Origin: Candidatus Latescibacterota bacterium
GTDB taxonomy: Bacteria > Latescibacterota > UBA2968 > UBA8231
DNA length: 64,000 bases
Direction of reading: 5' to 3'
Assembly: GCA_965206595.1 (NCBI GenBank)
Contig: OZ242214.1
Location: 5,664,001 to 5,728,000, forward strand
The translations under genes and the position numbers were made by a program. This document shows positions 1 through 10,258 of the stretch, piece after piece. Numbering within the stretch: position 1 is the first letter of the stretch; each line of letters begins with the position of its first letter. The notes below the pieces were generated by a model. The model had not been told where the DNA came from, did not search any database, and saw nothing but the letters and a program-made list of their open reading frames with translations.

Positions 1-1045
1 TCTCTCTTAATGCTTTAAGGTCTTCGGTGTCCTTCTCCAAGCCCCCAATTGTTTCATCGGTCAACCTGATGCGAAATTCATACCGTTTGGTAGGAACGCT
101 CAGAGGCTGTTGGCTGGTGACGTCCCAGGAATCCGTGTCCACCGGCTGGTATCCGCTGGTACCTGCCCATTGAACTTCGCGCCCTGCCCTCCTCAATTCT
201 TCGAGGGGTCGCCAGACCCAACGTATTTCGTATCCTTGTCCATCTTCCGGGAAAAGGATTGCCATAAAGTATTCATCGGTCGATCCTTCAAACCCAAGGG
301 CTTTTCCGCATTGTAGACCGGACCAATGGAACGTGCCTGGACGGCGAGCTGCGTGCTTGACTTCAATGTGGATCCTGGGGGAACCGAAAATTACGAAGTC
401 ACTCTCCCTGTTCTCGTCATCCCTGTCGTGACGCACCACAGAGCCGGGAAAGGCTCTCTTAAGCTTTTCTGCGAGCCAATCCTCCGCTGCAAGACCCGCC
501 TCAGGTCGGGGTCTTGGCCCTGCACTCGTGGGGTTACTATCCTGCCTCGAGTCACTCCCAGACGGCTCCAACGGCTCGACTTGGCCACCAGTTTGCGGCG
601 ATCGGAGATCCTGCTCTTCTACTCTCTCTGAAGGTGTATCGTCGCTGCTGGACGACTGTTCTTCAGAGGGCGGAGCCTCTTCCCAGGTCCTCCCGGCGTC
701 TAGGATGTCATCTTCGGTTACTCCTTCCTGTCGCAGACGATCCAGATACTCTTCCATATCAGACTCACGCAGGAGGTTCTCAAACATGGAGGCACGATCA
801 TCCTCTTGTGCGATCCAAACGGCCAACCCATGCCCCAAGGCCCTCCATTTGTCCTTATCAAGGTTGACGAGCAACCGATGGTCCTCAGTCAGCCATGACA
901 GGACGTCGACATCAGTCACAGGAAAACCGTTCCTATCGAGCCGCAGCCGCAGCCCCTTTACGGCCTCGAGGTCCAATTCATCCGGCAACTGTTCCGCGAG
1001 ATTTGCAGCCAAACTCAAGCCCTTGCGTCGGTCGCGGTAGCGTTG
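1..1045 (-). pseudogene. C-terminal part of the sacsin-like protein in a shifted frame, with a DUF3883/NO VEIN-like PD-(D/E)xK nuclease; runs off the window edge
   Basis: Manual translation past the T-run at ~1046-1050 gives a stop-free frame to base 1: QRYRDRRKGLSLAANL...GLAAEDWLAEKL...ESDFVIFGSPRIHIEVKHAARRPGTFHWS. It is absent from the ORF track. Confidence 0.75.
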
Positions 1046-4041
1046 AAAAACAACCGCTTCTCATAATGGTCTGAAGTCTCGTGGACGGGCTCCGCTTGGA
1101 GAACATCGGAGAGGGGCTTAATCCCAAGTCGCTTGGGCGCCCGTTCGCCCGCGCTCAACCTGATGATGAAAATCCTGTATCCTTCCCGGAGAATCTTGTC
1201 CCGAACCTCGTCGAAATGTGGTTGGTCTACATGAAAGACTTGGCAGGGGGGCGCGAACTCCAATTCCCCAGATCCGTCCTTCCAGACAATGCATGGGATG
1301 TCGATGTCCTCAGGTAATTCCTCTACCAGTTCAAGCTGCAGGTATCTTCGATAGAGAGCTTCACAAATCCTCTCAGGGAAATCATCCACCCGCCGGAACA
1401 ATTCGGGGAGTTTTCGCATCCAAGAGTGCCAATCCACGGGGTCGGCCGGCAGCTGATCACGTACTGCAAGAAAACGCAATGCAGGGTCAATCTGCTGATA
1501 CCACTCTTCGTTTTCGAAACCGCCTCTATCAACCTCTGGAAGAAGGCCCCTCAGGCCTCTACCCGGTAGGAATGTCTTGCGCGGAGCAACCCACCGGCCA
1601 TCATGAAACAAAGCCTCTTTGCAAGGCAACCACTCCTCATTACGAAGCTGGTGAGCCGCGAAGGATTCGTCCGCCCAGTGCCTCTCCCCTTTCTTCTCAA
1701 AGTAGCGACTCCTGTAGTACCTGGCCCTCTTCTGCTCCAAGGCCCCGACGAGGGGAAGCATCGTTCTGATGACAATGGCTGGTGTACCTTCATGCCACTG
1801 GAGGAGACAGTCAGGAAAGCATTCAATTCTCCAATCGACCAGCCATCTATAGTAACTGGGAATCTGATCCCTGTAGCTCTCTAGGAGATGGTTATCAGGC
1901 AGGCCCCTTACATGGCGAACTTTGGGTTCCCATGACACGCCAGACCAGCGCAGAAATCCCATCCATTGGTCCTGATCGGCTTCACCTCCTTTGATACTCG
2001 CCGGCCAGTCCTTGAAGGAACGTAGGACTCCTCTGTCTCTGATTCCTGCAAAATACCGGTCGAACGCCCGAGGACCCGACCATGCTTCACCGGCGTAGCA
2101 GTCAGCGGCTGGCAGCCATCCCTTGTCCGTGGGGAGGCGTAGGGTTTTGGCCGTTTGGTCCCGTAGTATCTCCCCCTTGTTCTTTCTCCCGTCTGGATCG
2201 TCGATCCATGGTGCCGTTGCCCCGAACTCGTGCCTCTGGGACCAGCGTAGAACCTGGCGCAATGCTGCCCATCCGCGGACCTCCCACTGTGGCAATTCCC
2301 AAGTGGCGATGAATGGCAACAGGGCGTATTCGAGAAATTCCCTTTGCCCCCGGAGTACTCGCGCCGCAAGCAGCTCCCGCCAGAATGGAGCGGTCTCCTT
2401 GTCAGAGGTCTCTTCCTCCCACTGGTTCAACTCCTCCCGCATCTTGGGGTGTAACGAATCAGCGGGGAGCCAATTTGGCCAGTCTGGCGGACGCTTGATC
2501 AACAAAGGATGGGAGCCGTCCAGGGCACGCACGCCTGTGTCCGTGCACCAACAGGGCACTTGCCGCAGGACCGCAGCGAACTCGCCTGCCCTTTCTAGGG
2601 ACGACACGAGGACCCGCCAGCTCTCGATACACTCACGGAGCGAGCCATTGCAGCAGAAGCGGAGCAGCCTGACGAAATCTGCTCCATCAAGGTTCCTTCC
2701 GTTGAGTTTTCGGAGCACAGGCCTGAGCTTCAGCAGATCAGGCGTGAGCAGCCTCGCTTGGCGCACCTCTTGGGGATCGTGTCGCAGTACCGCTCCCAGT
2801 CCATTGTCCCAAATCTGTACCTCCCGGGGCTTGACTCGCTCGCCGCCGATGACAGGAATGAAAGGCGTTTCAAGAAGCTGGGTTCTGATTTGGTTCTGGA
2901 GGATGTTCAGGGGAGTGTGGTCATGGTCGGCGACGACTTCACCAAATGCCTCTAGAGCGCATCGCGGCGGAATCTCTTTGAGAACATCTCGGAGCAGTTG
3001 GGCGAAGTCCTTGAGAATGTTCTCGTCGTTTTCTCCCTTTCGAGTGCGTTTCCGGTTGTGCTCAAGGTCGAAAGACGCATGAAGGAGAGCGCGTGCGGCG
3101 CTGTCCTCCTCAGTTGGGAAAAAGACATGAAGGGGAGTGGGACTATCACATGGAACAGGCAAGCCATGTCTTGTTGGTAGACAGATGCCGACCGTCAACT
3201 GCTTGCTGGTCTCGGTTGGAGCCGGTCGTTGGAGGATCCATCGGCGCCAAGATGTGGTCAAAGAATCCCCGCGGACCCTGGAGGAAAGCGTTACCTCACC
3301 ACTGGCGAACCCAGGGCACGATCTCCTTATCTCGTGGGATGTTTCGGAACCAGATATGTACAGACGGACGCAGACCAATTCCTGGGTGAGGAGCAGGAAC
3401 TTGTGATCAAGCGCGTTCAACCTGTCGACAGTCGTTATGCGAGCTTCGCTGTTGCGGAAGGGAAGCCGAATGACAGTTGTGTAGCCTGACCCTAGTAGTG
3501 TCTGAGTGCGCGAACTTGGCGGGCACTCATGGGGAATCCGGAAGGTCAAGGGAGGTGGGCTGGTGTTTGGGAATCCCTCCCGTAGTAGGCTTTGAGTCTT
3601 CTTTGCGGAGAACTGGAAATGAAAGGAGCCGGAGTGGATTTCCGGTGCATCGGTTATTTCCAGCACCGCCTTGAAACCCAACCCTTTTGATCCAATTAGA
3701 TCATCACTTGAACGCCCGGTGCCCATGGCGTCATCCGCGTTCTGAAGAAGCTCCCAGATGAACCGGCCATCATAATCGTGAGCGGTTTCCTCCTCGTCCC
3801 TGAAGTCAGAAGTCATTCGATTGACATCTGTCCGGTAGACTTCCAATTCCTTTTCGAGAATGGCCTCAGTGAGGTGTTCATCACTGGCGTCAAAATGGTC
3901 CGTTACATTACCAGAGAGCTTGTCGCTCAGGTGAGACGCGCAGGCGCTGATAACACCTGTTCGGGAGAAAGGGCGCCCGCCGTTAGCTACAAGCAAAGCG
4001 TCTTCAGCGACTTCAAAGAGTAGATCCTTGTTTTCTTGCAT
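1015..4041 (-). CDS. Sacsin N-terminal/GHKL (Hsp90-like) ATPase domain protein, N-terminal part
   Basis: Motifs FIWELLQNADDA, IGSKGLGFKAV and TTVIRLPF; RBS GAGG; starts 9 nt after the upstream stop. Confidence 0.85.
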   Translation of the reverse strand: MQENKDLLFEVAEDALLVANGGRPFSRTGVISACASHLSDKLSGNVTDHFDASDEHLTEAILEKELEVYRTDVNRMTSDFRDEEETAHDYDGRFIWELLQNADDAMGTGRSSDDLIGSKGLGFKAVLEITDAPEIHSGSFHFQFSAKKTQSLLREGFPNTSPPPLTFRIPHECPPSSRTQTLLGSGYTTVIRLPFRNSEARITTVDRLNALDHKFLLLTQELVCVRLYISGSETSHEIRRSCPGFASGEVTLSSRVRGDSLTTSWRRWILQRPAPTETSKQLTVGICLPTRHGLPVPCDSPTPLHVFFPTEEDSAARALLHASFDLEHNRKRTRKGENDENILKDFAQLLRDVLKEIPPRCALEAFGEVVADHDHTPLNILQNQIRTQLLETPFIPVIGGERVKPREVQIWDNGLGAVLRHDPQEVRQARLLTPDLLKLRPVLRKLNGRNLDGADFVRLLRFCCNGSLRECIESWRVLVSSLERAGEFAAVLRQVPCWCTDTGVRALDGSHPLLIKRPPDWPNWLPADSLHPKMREELNQWEEETSDKETAPFWRELLAARVLRGQREFLEYALLPFIATWELPQWEVRGWAALRQVLRWSQRHEFGATAPWIDDPDGRKNKGEILRDQTAKTLRLPTDKGWLPAADCYAGEAWSGPRAFDRYFAGIRDRGVLRSFKDWPASIKGGEADQDQWMGFLRWSGVSWEPKVRHVRGLPDNHLLESYRDQIPSYYRWLVDWRIECFPDCLLQWHEGTPAIVIRTMLPLVGALEQKRARYYRSRYFEKKGERHWADESFAAHQLRNEEWLPCKEALFHDGRWVAPRKTFLPGRGLRGLLPEVDRGGFENEEWYQQIDPALRFLAVRDQLPADPVDWHSWMRKLPELFRRVDDFPERICEALYRRYLQLELVEELPEDIDIPCIVWKDGSGELEFAPPCQVFHVDQPHFDEVRDKILREGYRIFIIRLSAGERAPKRLGIKPLSDVLQAEPVHETSDHYEKRLFFNATATDARA

Positions 4042-4050
4042 GCGCTTCCT

Positions 4051-6762
4051 CTACTCGATGCCAGCGGATCGCCGTTCTTTCAACCGTGCCAAGTCCTTCC
4101 GGACGTCCCCGGCGACCTCCTCGACCTCTTTGGGCACACGCGGCTTGCGGCCGAGTTCCAGTTCGAGCGCCGTAGTGAGCGGCAGAAAAAGCTTCGCGGA
4201 TGGAGATGCCTGGATAATCTCGATCATTGCCTCCGCCCCCAGATCGATGCTGAACTCCATCAATTCGTAGTGGATTTCCGGTAGCGAATCGCCGTCCGGT
4301 AGAATCTTCAGGACCTTCTGGATGTCTTTCGCACACCTCTTGGGGTTGCCGCTGCGCAGGCTCGCTTTCGCCCGGATCACGTGCGCACAGCGCAGATTTC
4401 CCTGCGATTGCGTGCCTCTGTCATCGATTACCTGGCTAGCGGCATTTGCGGCCGCCTCGTACCGCCGGCACTCCAGCTCTAGTTCGGCTTTTTCGAGGAG
4501 GGCGTCCTCTGCCCGTGCACGAAGCTCGGAAGAATCGCTGCCCCGAAATCGCTCTACGGCACCCTCAAGAGCCGCCCGGCTTTCCTCAACCCTGCCCAAG
4601 TCCCGGAGTGCCATCCCCTTATAGGTCAAGGCTGCAGCCTGCGCTTCGAGAAGGTCCGGTGTCTGGCTCTCGCCGAATCGCCTGAGCACCTCCTCATAGG
4701 CAGCCAATTCTTCCTCTGGTCGGTCCAACTCGCCAAGTGCGGCCCCCTTGTTGACAAGAGCCTTGGCTACCATCTCGAGAGTGTCCGCTGTTTCGCTCTC
4801 CTCGAATCGGCGTACTACCTCTTCGTAGACGGCCAGCGATTCCTTGGTTCGGCCCAGTTCCCCTAGTGCGACCCCCTTCCTGAAGAGGGCCCTGGCGAGC
4901 AACCCAAGATGGAACTCCGTTTCGCTCTCTCCGAGTCGGCGTTCCACATCGCCATAGGCGGCCAGTGCCTCCTCCGGTCGGTTCAGGGCCGCGAGGGCAA
5001 CGCCCTTACAGAAGAGGGCTGCGACGACCGATTCAAGAATCTCTGGTGACGGACACTCGCCGAATCGATTCACGACCTCTTGGCAGGCGACCTGCGCCTG
5101 CTCCGTCCGGTCGAGCTGGGCGAGTGTGATTCCCTTATTGAGAAGGGCGCTGGCGACCATCTCGACATGAACCTCGGTATCGTCCTCACCGAACCCCCAT
5201 CCCGCCTCCTCATAAACGGCCAGTGCCTCCTCATAGCCCGCAAGTGCTTCCTCCGGCCTGCCCAGCTCTCCGAGAGCCTCCGCTTTGCAGAAGAGGGCCA
5301 TGGCGACCAGTTGGAAGACCTCGGGTGACCGAATCTCCCCGAACCGCCGCACCACCTCGTCCCAGGTGGCCAGCGACCCCTCCGGGTCTTGCTCCTGCAA
5401 CTCGACCGCTCTCAGCAAGAGCGCCCTCGCATCCACCAGCTCTTCGGGTTCCTCCTCGGGAAGGAGCGCAAGCAGCTCTTCTCGATGCCCGGCCAGCGCT
5501 GGCAGCTGCACCAGCTGTTCAAGCGCCGTCCGGTGCAACGATCGCATCTCCCCGTCCAAGGTTCGCTCCTCCCGGGCCATGCTTGCTCCAATGTTCCTCA
5601 ACTCGGAGCGAGAGTAGAAGGCTTCCATGAACTGGATGAGGGCCTGGATCAGGGAGTCCGGTCCGCCGTTGCGGCGCAGCAGGTAGTAAATGTTGTACAG
5701 CCGTTCGGTCAGGTAGTACTGCTTGCGCCGGAGGCTGCCGCCTATAACCTGGACGACTCCCCGTTCGGTGAGGCGCGCGAGTTGGGCGCTGCACTTGCTC
5801 GTCTCGATCCGGCAGCGCTCCGCGATCTCCCGCGTGGTCGCCGGCTTCCACAAGTCGGCCAGCGCCAGGTAGACCCGCCGCTCCTGGGCTGGGAGGGCCT
5901 CTATGTGGCTTTTGAAGTACTCCGTATGCTCGTCCACGAGGTCGAGGAGATCGTCCATCAGCTCGCCGAAGGAGAGCCCCGGGCCGAAGCCTGCCACGAT
6001 GGCCACGAGGCGGGGGCTGCCGCCGGTGAGAATCTCCAGTGGCCGGATCGTCTGGCGCGGGGGGCGCTGGCCGGAGACCGTTTCCCACAGCACGGCGCAC
6101 TCCCCGGTATCGAGCGGCTGCAGCGTGCGTACCCGCAACAGGTCGTAGAGGGCGTGTTCCGGGTGGTCGATCTCGGCGAAACGGCTGGTGGCGCTGGCGA
6201 GCAGGATGATGCGCGGCTCGGTCTGTAGGATCTTGCGCAGCCGCCAGCCGGCGTCACGGTCCGCCATGTCACGGAACATCATGTTCAGGTTCTCGACCAT
6301 CAGCACGAGCCGCTTGTCCTCGCGGTCGGAGAAGTCGAGGAGCGCGCCGAGGCAGCGTTCGCCGAGGGTCTGGTCGTCCTTAATGGCGCGCAGGTCCCGG
6401 CAGGTGAGGCGCAGGTCCGGAGCGTCGTCCCGGGGCGGCGCCTGGTCCGCCAGCCGGGAGAGGGCTTCGAGCCAGAACTCCCCGGCGCGGGCGACCTCGT
6501 AGCTCTCCTCGGCGAAGACAACGGGAAAGAAGCGGGGCGACAGCTCCGGGTCTTGGCGGACCTCTGCCGCCACGCGCAGGAGCAGGATGGTCTTGCCGCT
6601 GCCACGCGGACCGATCACGATCTGGTGCGGGTTCGAGGTACCGGTGCATCCGCGCAGCATCTCGACGATGGAGTCGAACTCCACCTTGCGCACGCAGAAC
6701 GAGGCAGTCAGCTCCTCGTCGGTGAGAAACCCCGGGTTGAATTTCCGGGCGGTCACGGTCAT
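4051..6762 (-). CDS. P-loop NTPase (STAND-like) + winged helix + TPR repeat protein
   Basis: Walker A GPRGSGKT, atypical Walker B VLMVENL, wHTH PATTREIAERC, repeated 'ALFxKGxALxxLxRxEEALAxYEEVxRRFGE'; ATG at 6762 overlaps the upstream TGA (ATGA). Confidence 0.88.
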   Translation of the reverse strand: MTVTARKFNPGFLTDEELTASFCVRKVEFDSIVEMLRGCTGTSNPHQIVIGPRGSGKTILLLRVAAEVRQDPELSPRFFPVVFAEESYEVARAGEFWLEALSRLADQAPPRDDAPDLRLTCRDLRAIKDDQTLGERCLGALLDFSDREDKRLVLMVENLNMMFRDMADRDAGWRLRKILQTEPRIILLASATSRFAEIDHPEHALYDLLRVRTLQPLDTGECAVLWETVSGQRPPRQTIRPLEILTGGSPRLVAIVAGFGPGLSFGELMDDLLDLVDEHTEYFKSHIEALPAQERRVYLALADLWKPATTREIAERCRIETSKCSAQLARLTERGVVQVIGGSLRRKQYYLTERLYNIYYLLRRNGGPDSLIQALIQFMEAFYSRSELRNIGASMAREERTLDGEMRSLHRTALEQLVQLPALAGHREELLALLPEEEPEELVDARALLLRAVELQEQDPEGSLATWDEVVRRFGEIRSPEVFQLVAMALFCKAEALGELGRPEEALAGYEEALAVYEEAGWGFGEDDTEVHVEMVASALLNKGITLAQLDRTEQAQVACQEVVNRFGECPSPEILESVVAALFCKGVALAALNRPEEALAAYGDVERRLGESETEFHLGLLARALFRKGVALGELGRTKESLAVYEEVVRRFEESETADTLEMVAKALVNKGAALGELDRPEEELAAYEEVLRRFGESQTPDLLEAQAAALTYKGMALRDLGRVEESRAALEGAVERFRGSDSSELRARAEDALLEKAELELECRRYEAAANAASQVIDDRGTQSQGNLRCAHVIRAKASLRSGNPKRCAKDIQKVLKILPDGDSLPEIHYELMEFSIDLGAEAMIEIIQASPSAKLFLPLTTALELELGRKPRVPKEVEEVAGDVRKDLARLKERRSAGIE

Positions 6763-8009
6763 CGCCGTTCGATTGGGGTGAAGTATCCGCCGTGCCGGGC
6801 GCGCCACCAGTCTTCGAGGAGCCCGGAAACAAACCGGTAGCCGTCTCCGTGTCGCTCCAGATACCCATCGTGTTCGAGCAGGAGAAGCACCTCCTGGACC
6901 GCCACCGGATCACCGCCGGCTTCCTCCCGCTCCTCGAACTCGCGATATCGGGCGATGGCATCGGCCCGCAACCCACCTTCACTCACCGAGGCCTCGGTCA
7001 GGATCTCAAGCGCGGTCCGGTAGCCCTCCCTCCCGAGCACCATCTTCAGCCGCCCCTCATAATGCTCCATATCCATCTGTCCGCGGACCCCGAGCATCTC
7101 GGAGGTGTACACGCGCTCCACATCTTCCATCGTGGCTTTGCGCCGGCCGGCGCGGCGCAGGTGCTCGTGGAGGTGGTCGAAAAACTGCTGGACGTGGTGG
7201 GGGATCTGGCATCGCAGCCTCCGGCACATCTCCAGGCGAACGCCAAGCGGAAGGTCGAGGCCGTAGGACTGCGCCAGAGCCGCAAGGCAGCCCGCCGCCG
7301 TCTCGTCGTCCCAGGCCTTCAGATCGAAGGGAGAGTATATATTCGCGTGGGCGCTGAGCCCGGCCTGTACCAGGATCGGCTCCAGACTTACGCTGCCGGC
7401 GAGAATCAGGCAGACGCGGCCTCGATGGGCCTGGGCGTTCTTGCGGAGCCAGCCCATGAACTCATCCGCCGCCCGCCGCCGCTCCGAGGTTATGTGGTGG
7501 TCACCTCCCTTGAGCAGCCGGTTGACGAGAATCGGGAGCTCGTCGATGGCGAGCACCACCGGCCTGTCGCTTTCGGACAGGGCCGCGAAGACCTCGTCCC
7601 CTTTCTGTCGCCAGTTCCCGGCGTCGATCCCGGCCCGGAGCTTGACCAGAACCTCGTCGACGGACACCGAATCGACTCGATCCCGAACCTCTCTCAGGGT
7701 GCTGGCGAATCCGGACTTGATCCGCTGCCAAGCGCCGTGTACCGGCCGCGACCGGGCCCCGATCTCGGCGATGGCGTCCGCCGGGGAGGCAGCGTCCTCC
7801 AGGTCGACGAAGACCGGTTGGAAGCGCCCCTGTGTGTCCAAGCGGCGCAGCAGCTCCCGGACCAGGCTCGTCTTGCCCATCCGCCGCTGCGCGGTCAGCA
7901 AGGTATGGGCGCCGTCCCTGACCCGCTCGGCGAGGGCTTCGAGATCCGCATCCCGGTTGAAGAACCGATCCCCTTCGACCCAGTTGGCTCCGGCTTTCTT
8001 GAGTACCAT
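6759..8009 (-). CDS. AAA-type ATP-binding protein
   Basis: FFNR motif, Walker A variant AQRRMGKTS, Walker B LAIDEL, C-terminal wHTH (LEHDGYL). Confidence 0.88.
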   Translation of the reverse strand: MVLKKAGANWVEGDRFFNRDADLEALAERVRDGAHTLLTAQRRMGKTSLVRELLRRLDTQGRFQPVFVDLEDAASPADAIAEIGARSRPVHGAWQRIKSGFASTLREVRDRVDSVSVDEVLVKLRAGIDAGNWRQKGDEVFAALSESDRPVVLAIDELPILVNRLLKGGDHHITSERRRAADEFMGWLRKNAQAHRGRVCLILAGSVSLEPILVQAGLSAHANIYSPFDLKAWDDETAAGCLAALAQSYGLDLPLGVRLEMCRRLRCQIPHHVQQFFDHLHEHLRRAGRRKATMEDVERVYTSEMLGVRGQMDMEHYEGRLKMVLGREGYRTALEILTEASVSEGGLRADAIARYREFEEREEAGGDPVAVQEVLLLLEHDGYLERHGDGYRFVSGLLEDWWRARHGGYFTPIERR

Positions 8010-8023
8010 TGGTGCGCCTTTTC

Positions 8024-8074
8024 GCAACGAATTCGCTGGCAACAATCATGTTGGCAACGAATGTGTTGGCAAAC
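8024..8074. repeat. 15-bp tandem repeat (3 units plus a partial), two units palindromic CAAC-N6-GTTG; operator-like
   Basis: gcaacgaattcgctg / gcaacaatcatgttg / gcaacgaatgtgttg / gcaaac, ~15 nt upstream of the ATPase start. Confidence 0.7.
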
Positions 8075-8079
8075 TGGAG

Positions 8080-8296
8080 GTGTGTCAAGAAGGACCTCCG
8101 GTTCAACCTCGATTACGGTCAGCCCGAGTTCCCTGCAGCGCGCGAGACTCAGGTCGTCCACTTCGTCGACAACCTCTCGGACGACGTGAACCGGCGCCAG
8201 GTGCTGAACGACAAGGGCGAGAATCGATAGATCCGAATCCCGGTAGTCGATCAGTACGTTCGCGTCCGACAGAAGGACCGCCGGGCGATCAGGCAT
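8080..8296 (-). pseudogene. 3'-truncated PIN-domain (VapC/DUF3368-like) gene
   Basis: LLSDANVLID and VVREVVDEV PIN N-terminal motifs; similarity stops after ~70 aa at the 15-bp repeats. Confidence 0.7.
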
Positions 8297-8297
8297 C

Positions 8298-9422
8298 TCA
8301 TGTGGCCCATTCGGCGGCCAACTGACGCATATCCATCAAGGACATGCGGAGGATCTCGGCGCCCCGGCTGAGCGAGATCTCTTCGCTCTCGACCGCGCGG
8401 CGGACCAGACGGCGAAGCCGATCGTCCAGACAGTCGGTGTCGGAGAGACGATCCGGTTCCTGGCCCCGTTTTTCGTTGAACTCGTACCCGGTCAACGGCT
8501 GAGGTTCGTCGACCTTTTTCAACGTCGAGCCGAACCGCCTTCGGTGCTGCCCCTGGAAAATCCCGAAGACCTCCTTCGAGACCTCTTCCATTTCCACCAA
8601 ACGGAGCAGCACGGTCTTGTAGCTCACGTGGAAGATCCGCTTGACCTTGAGGACGCGCTCGTAAAGCGGGTGTCCTCTCGATTCCTGCCACTCCCGCTCG
8701 AAGGAGCCGCGCGGCATCAGGAAATAGCTTGCGAACTCATCGGCTTGTTTTTCCTCATCTTCGGCTTCTTCCTCCTGCGTGTGGTCGTAAGCGCCGGGGT
8801 GCAGCAGCAGGTGCCCGAGCTCGTGCGCCGCCGAAAAAATCCAGCGCTCAACCGAAATCCGATCCCAGGTATTGATGACGATCGCCGGTCCGCCGTCGTC
8901 TTCCTTGACGGAAAGGCCGAAGAACGCATCGGTCGCGCGGGGGAAGCGGAGCACCTTGATGCCGCATCTTTCCAGGATCCCGCAGATGTCGTGAATGGGC
9001 TGATCATGGAGCTTGAGGTTTTTACGCGCCTTCTCGGCGACAGCGCGTGGATCGTGCCGGCGAGGGCGGAGACCTCGCAGTTGAAAGGACGGAGAATCAT
9101 CAAACAGGTCCTCGAGGAAGCTGTAGTCGTCGAGCCAGTTGGAAACCTCCACAAGCAACTGCTCCCGCTCCCGGACACGCTTTCGAGCCCGGAAACGCAC
9201 GGTGTGCAGCCGCCGCACCGGGGTCGCGAGTTCGACGGTCGAGACCTCCAATGCGTGCGCCAACGCCCGCATGGTACCGGCGCGAGGCAGCGTCTGGCCC
9301 CGCTCGATCTTGGCCAGACCAAGACGCGACAGCTGCGCCCGATCGGCAAGGGCTTTCTGGGTCATCCCCATTGAGGCACGTAGCCGCACCACGTTGGTGC
9401 CGATTACGTTCTTGGCAGACAT
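8298..9422 (-). CDS. XRE HTH + ImmA/IrrE metallo-endopeptidase fusion
   Basis: N-terminal HTH (MTQKALADRAQLSRLGLAKIERG), RWIFSAAHELGH zinc motif, EKQADEFASYFLMP. Confidence 0.92.
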   Translation of the reverse strand: MSAKNVIGTNVVRLRASMGMTQKALADRAQLSRLGLAKIERGQTLPRAGTMRALAHALEVSTVELATPVRRLHTVRFRARKRVREREQLLVEVSNWLDDYSFLEDLFDDSPSFQLRGLRPRRHDPRAVAEKARKNLKLHDQPIHDICGILERCGIKVLRFPRATDAFFGLSVKEDDGGPAIVINTWDRISVERWIFSAAHELGHLLLHPGAYDHTQEEEAEDEEKQADEFASYFLMPRGSFEREWQESRGHPLYERVLKVKRIFHVSYKTVLLRLVEMEEVSKEVFGIFQGQHRRRFGSTLKKVDEPQPLTGYEFNEKRGQEPDRLSDTDCLDDRLRRLVRRAVESEEISLSRGAEILRMSLMDMRQLAAEWAT

Positions 9423-9539
9423 CGAGGCTTCTCCCTTAATGTGTTTTCACCTGATCGGGGAGGTTGTTCGAAAATTACCTTATTAACAGGTTATCGTCAA
9501 TAAGCATACTTTCATGTGCGGCCTCGGGGAGGGGCCAGC

Positions 9540-9730
9540 CCTACCCCTCCAGATAGTTCCGGATCTAGGCGGGATCGGTCAGGGCCGCCACGATCCTCAG
9601 GAGACCCCCACACGGCGGGCAGCCGCTGAAGTCGGCGGCACACACCCGGGCGAGCAGCGCCGCCCACCCCAGGCGATGGCGGCAGGGCGGAGCGCTCGAA
9701 TCGCGGTCCGTCGGGAGAGCATCAGTGGGT
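9540..9730. mobile_element. Possible relic of sequence that usually flanks IS91-like transposases
   Basis: Resembles from memory the region next to IS91-like transposases; no transposase ORF here. Confidence 0.25.
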
Positions 9731-9779
9731 CAGGGGAAACAACCGCCGTTGCCCATACCATAGAAACGGAGCACGACTG

Positions 9780-9978
9780 ATGACCGTATCGGAAGTTCAG
9801 CAGCCGATCATTAGCCTTTCCAAATATCCGACTACGCTTAACTGAGGCGGTGGCTCAATGAATACGACTGGAAGAGTGGGATCGACAGATCGAAGCGGAT
9901 CGGACGAAGGAAAGTTGGACTTTCTGTTGGCTCAGGCCACAGAAGCCAAACCACATTGCCCCTTGGAAGACCTGTAGT
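9780..9978 (+). pseudogene. Degraded small antitoxin-like gene (WDRQIEAD-type)
   Basis: Reading across frameshifts gives MTVSEVQQ...DYA*LRRWLNEYDW-EWDRQIEAD-DEGKLDFLLAQATEAK; no toxin gene follows. Confidence 0.6.
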
Positions 9979-10258
9979 GGGTCAGCTCTGGCTTCGGTCC
10001 ACAACCGCCTTCGCCTTTGCCATGCGGCCGCGTTCTCGGGCCCGACCCAGCGCCACCGCAGACTTTGCTACCACTCGGAAGCCATCAGGAGCGGGTCAAA
10101 TTGTTCTACCCGACGCAGTGGCGGACGAGATTCTTGACGCATTTGTCACACAGGCAGTACTCCCCTCGTCCAAGAAATCGTGGGGCGTTATGTGGGATCG
10201 AGTGGTTGCTCTGGATGCTAACACGTTGAGTCGGCAAATGGAATTCCTTACGTACGCG

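Noticed and set aside
8024-8074. Repeat array as a CRISPR
   Set aside because: 15-bp period, no unique spacers, no cas genes.
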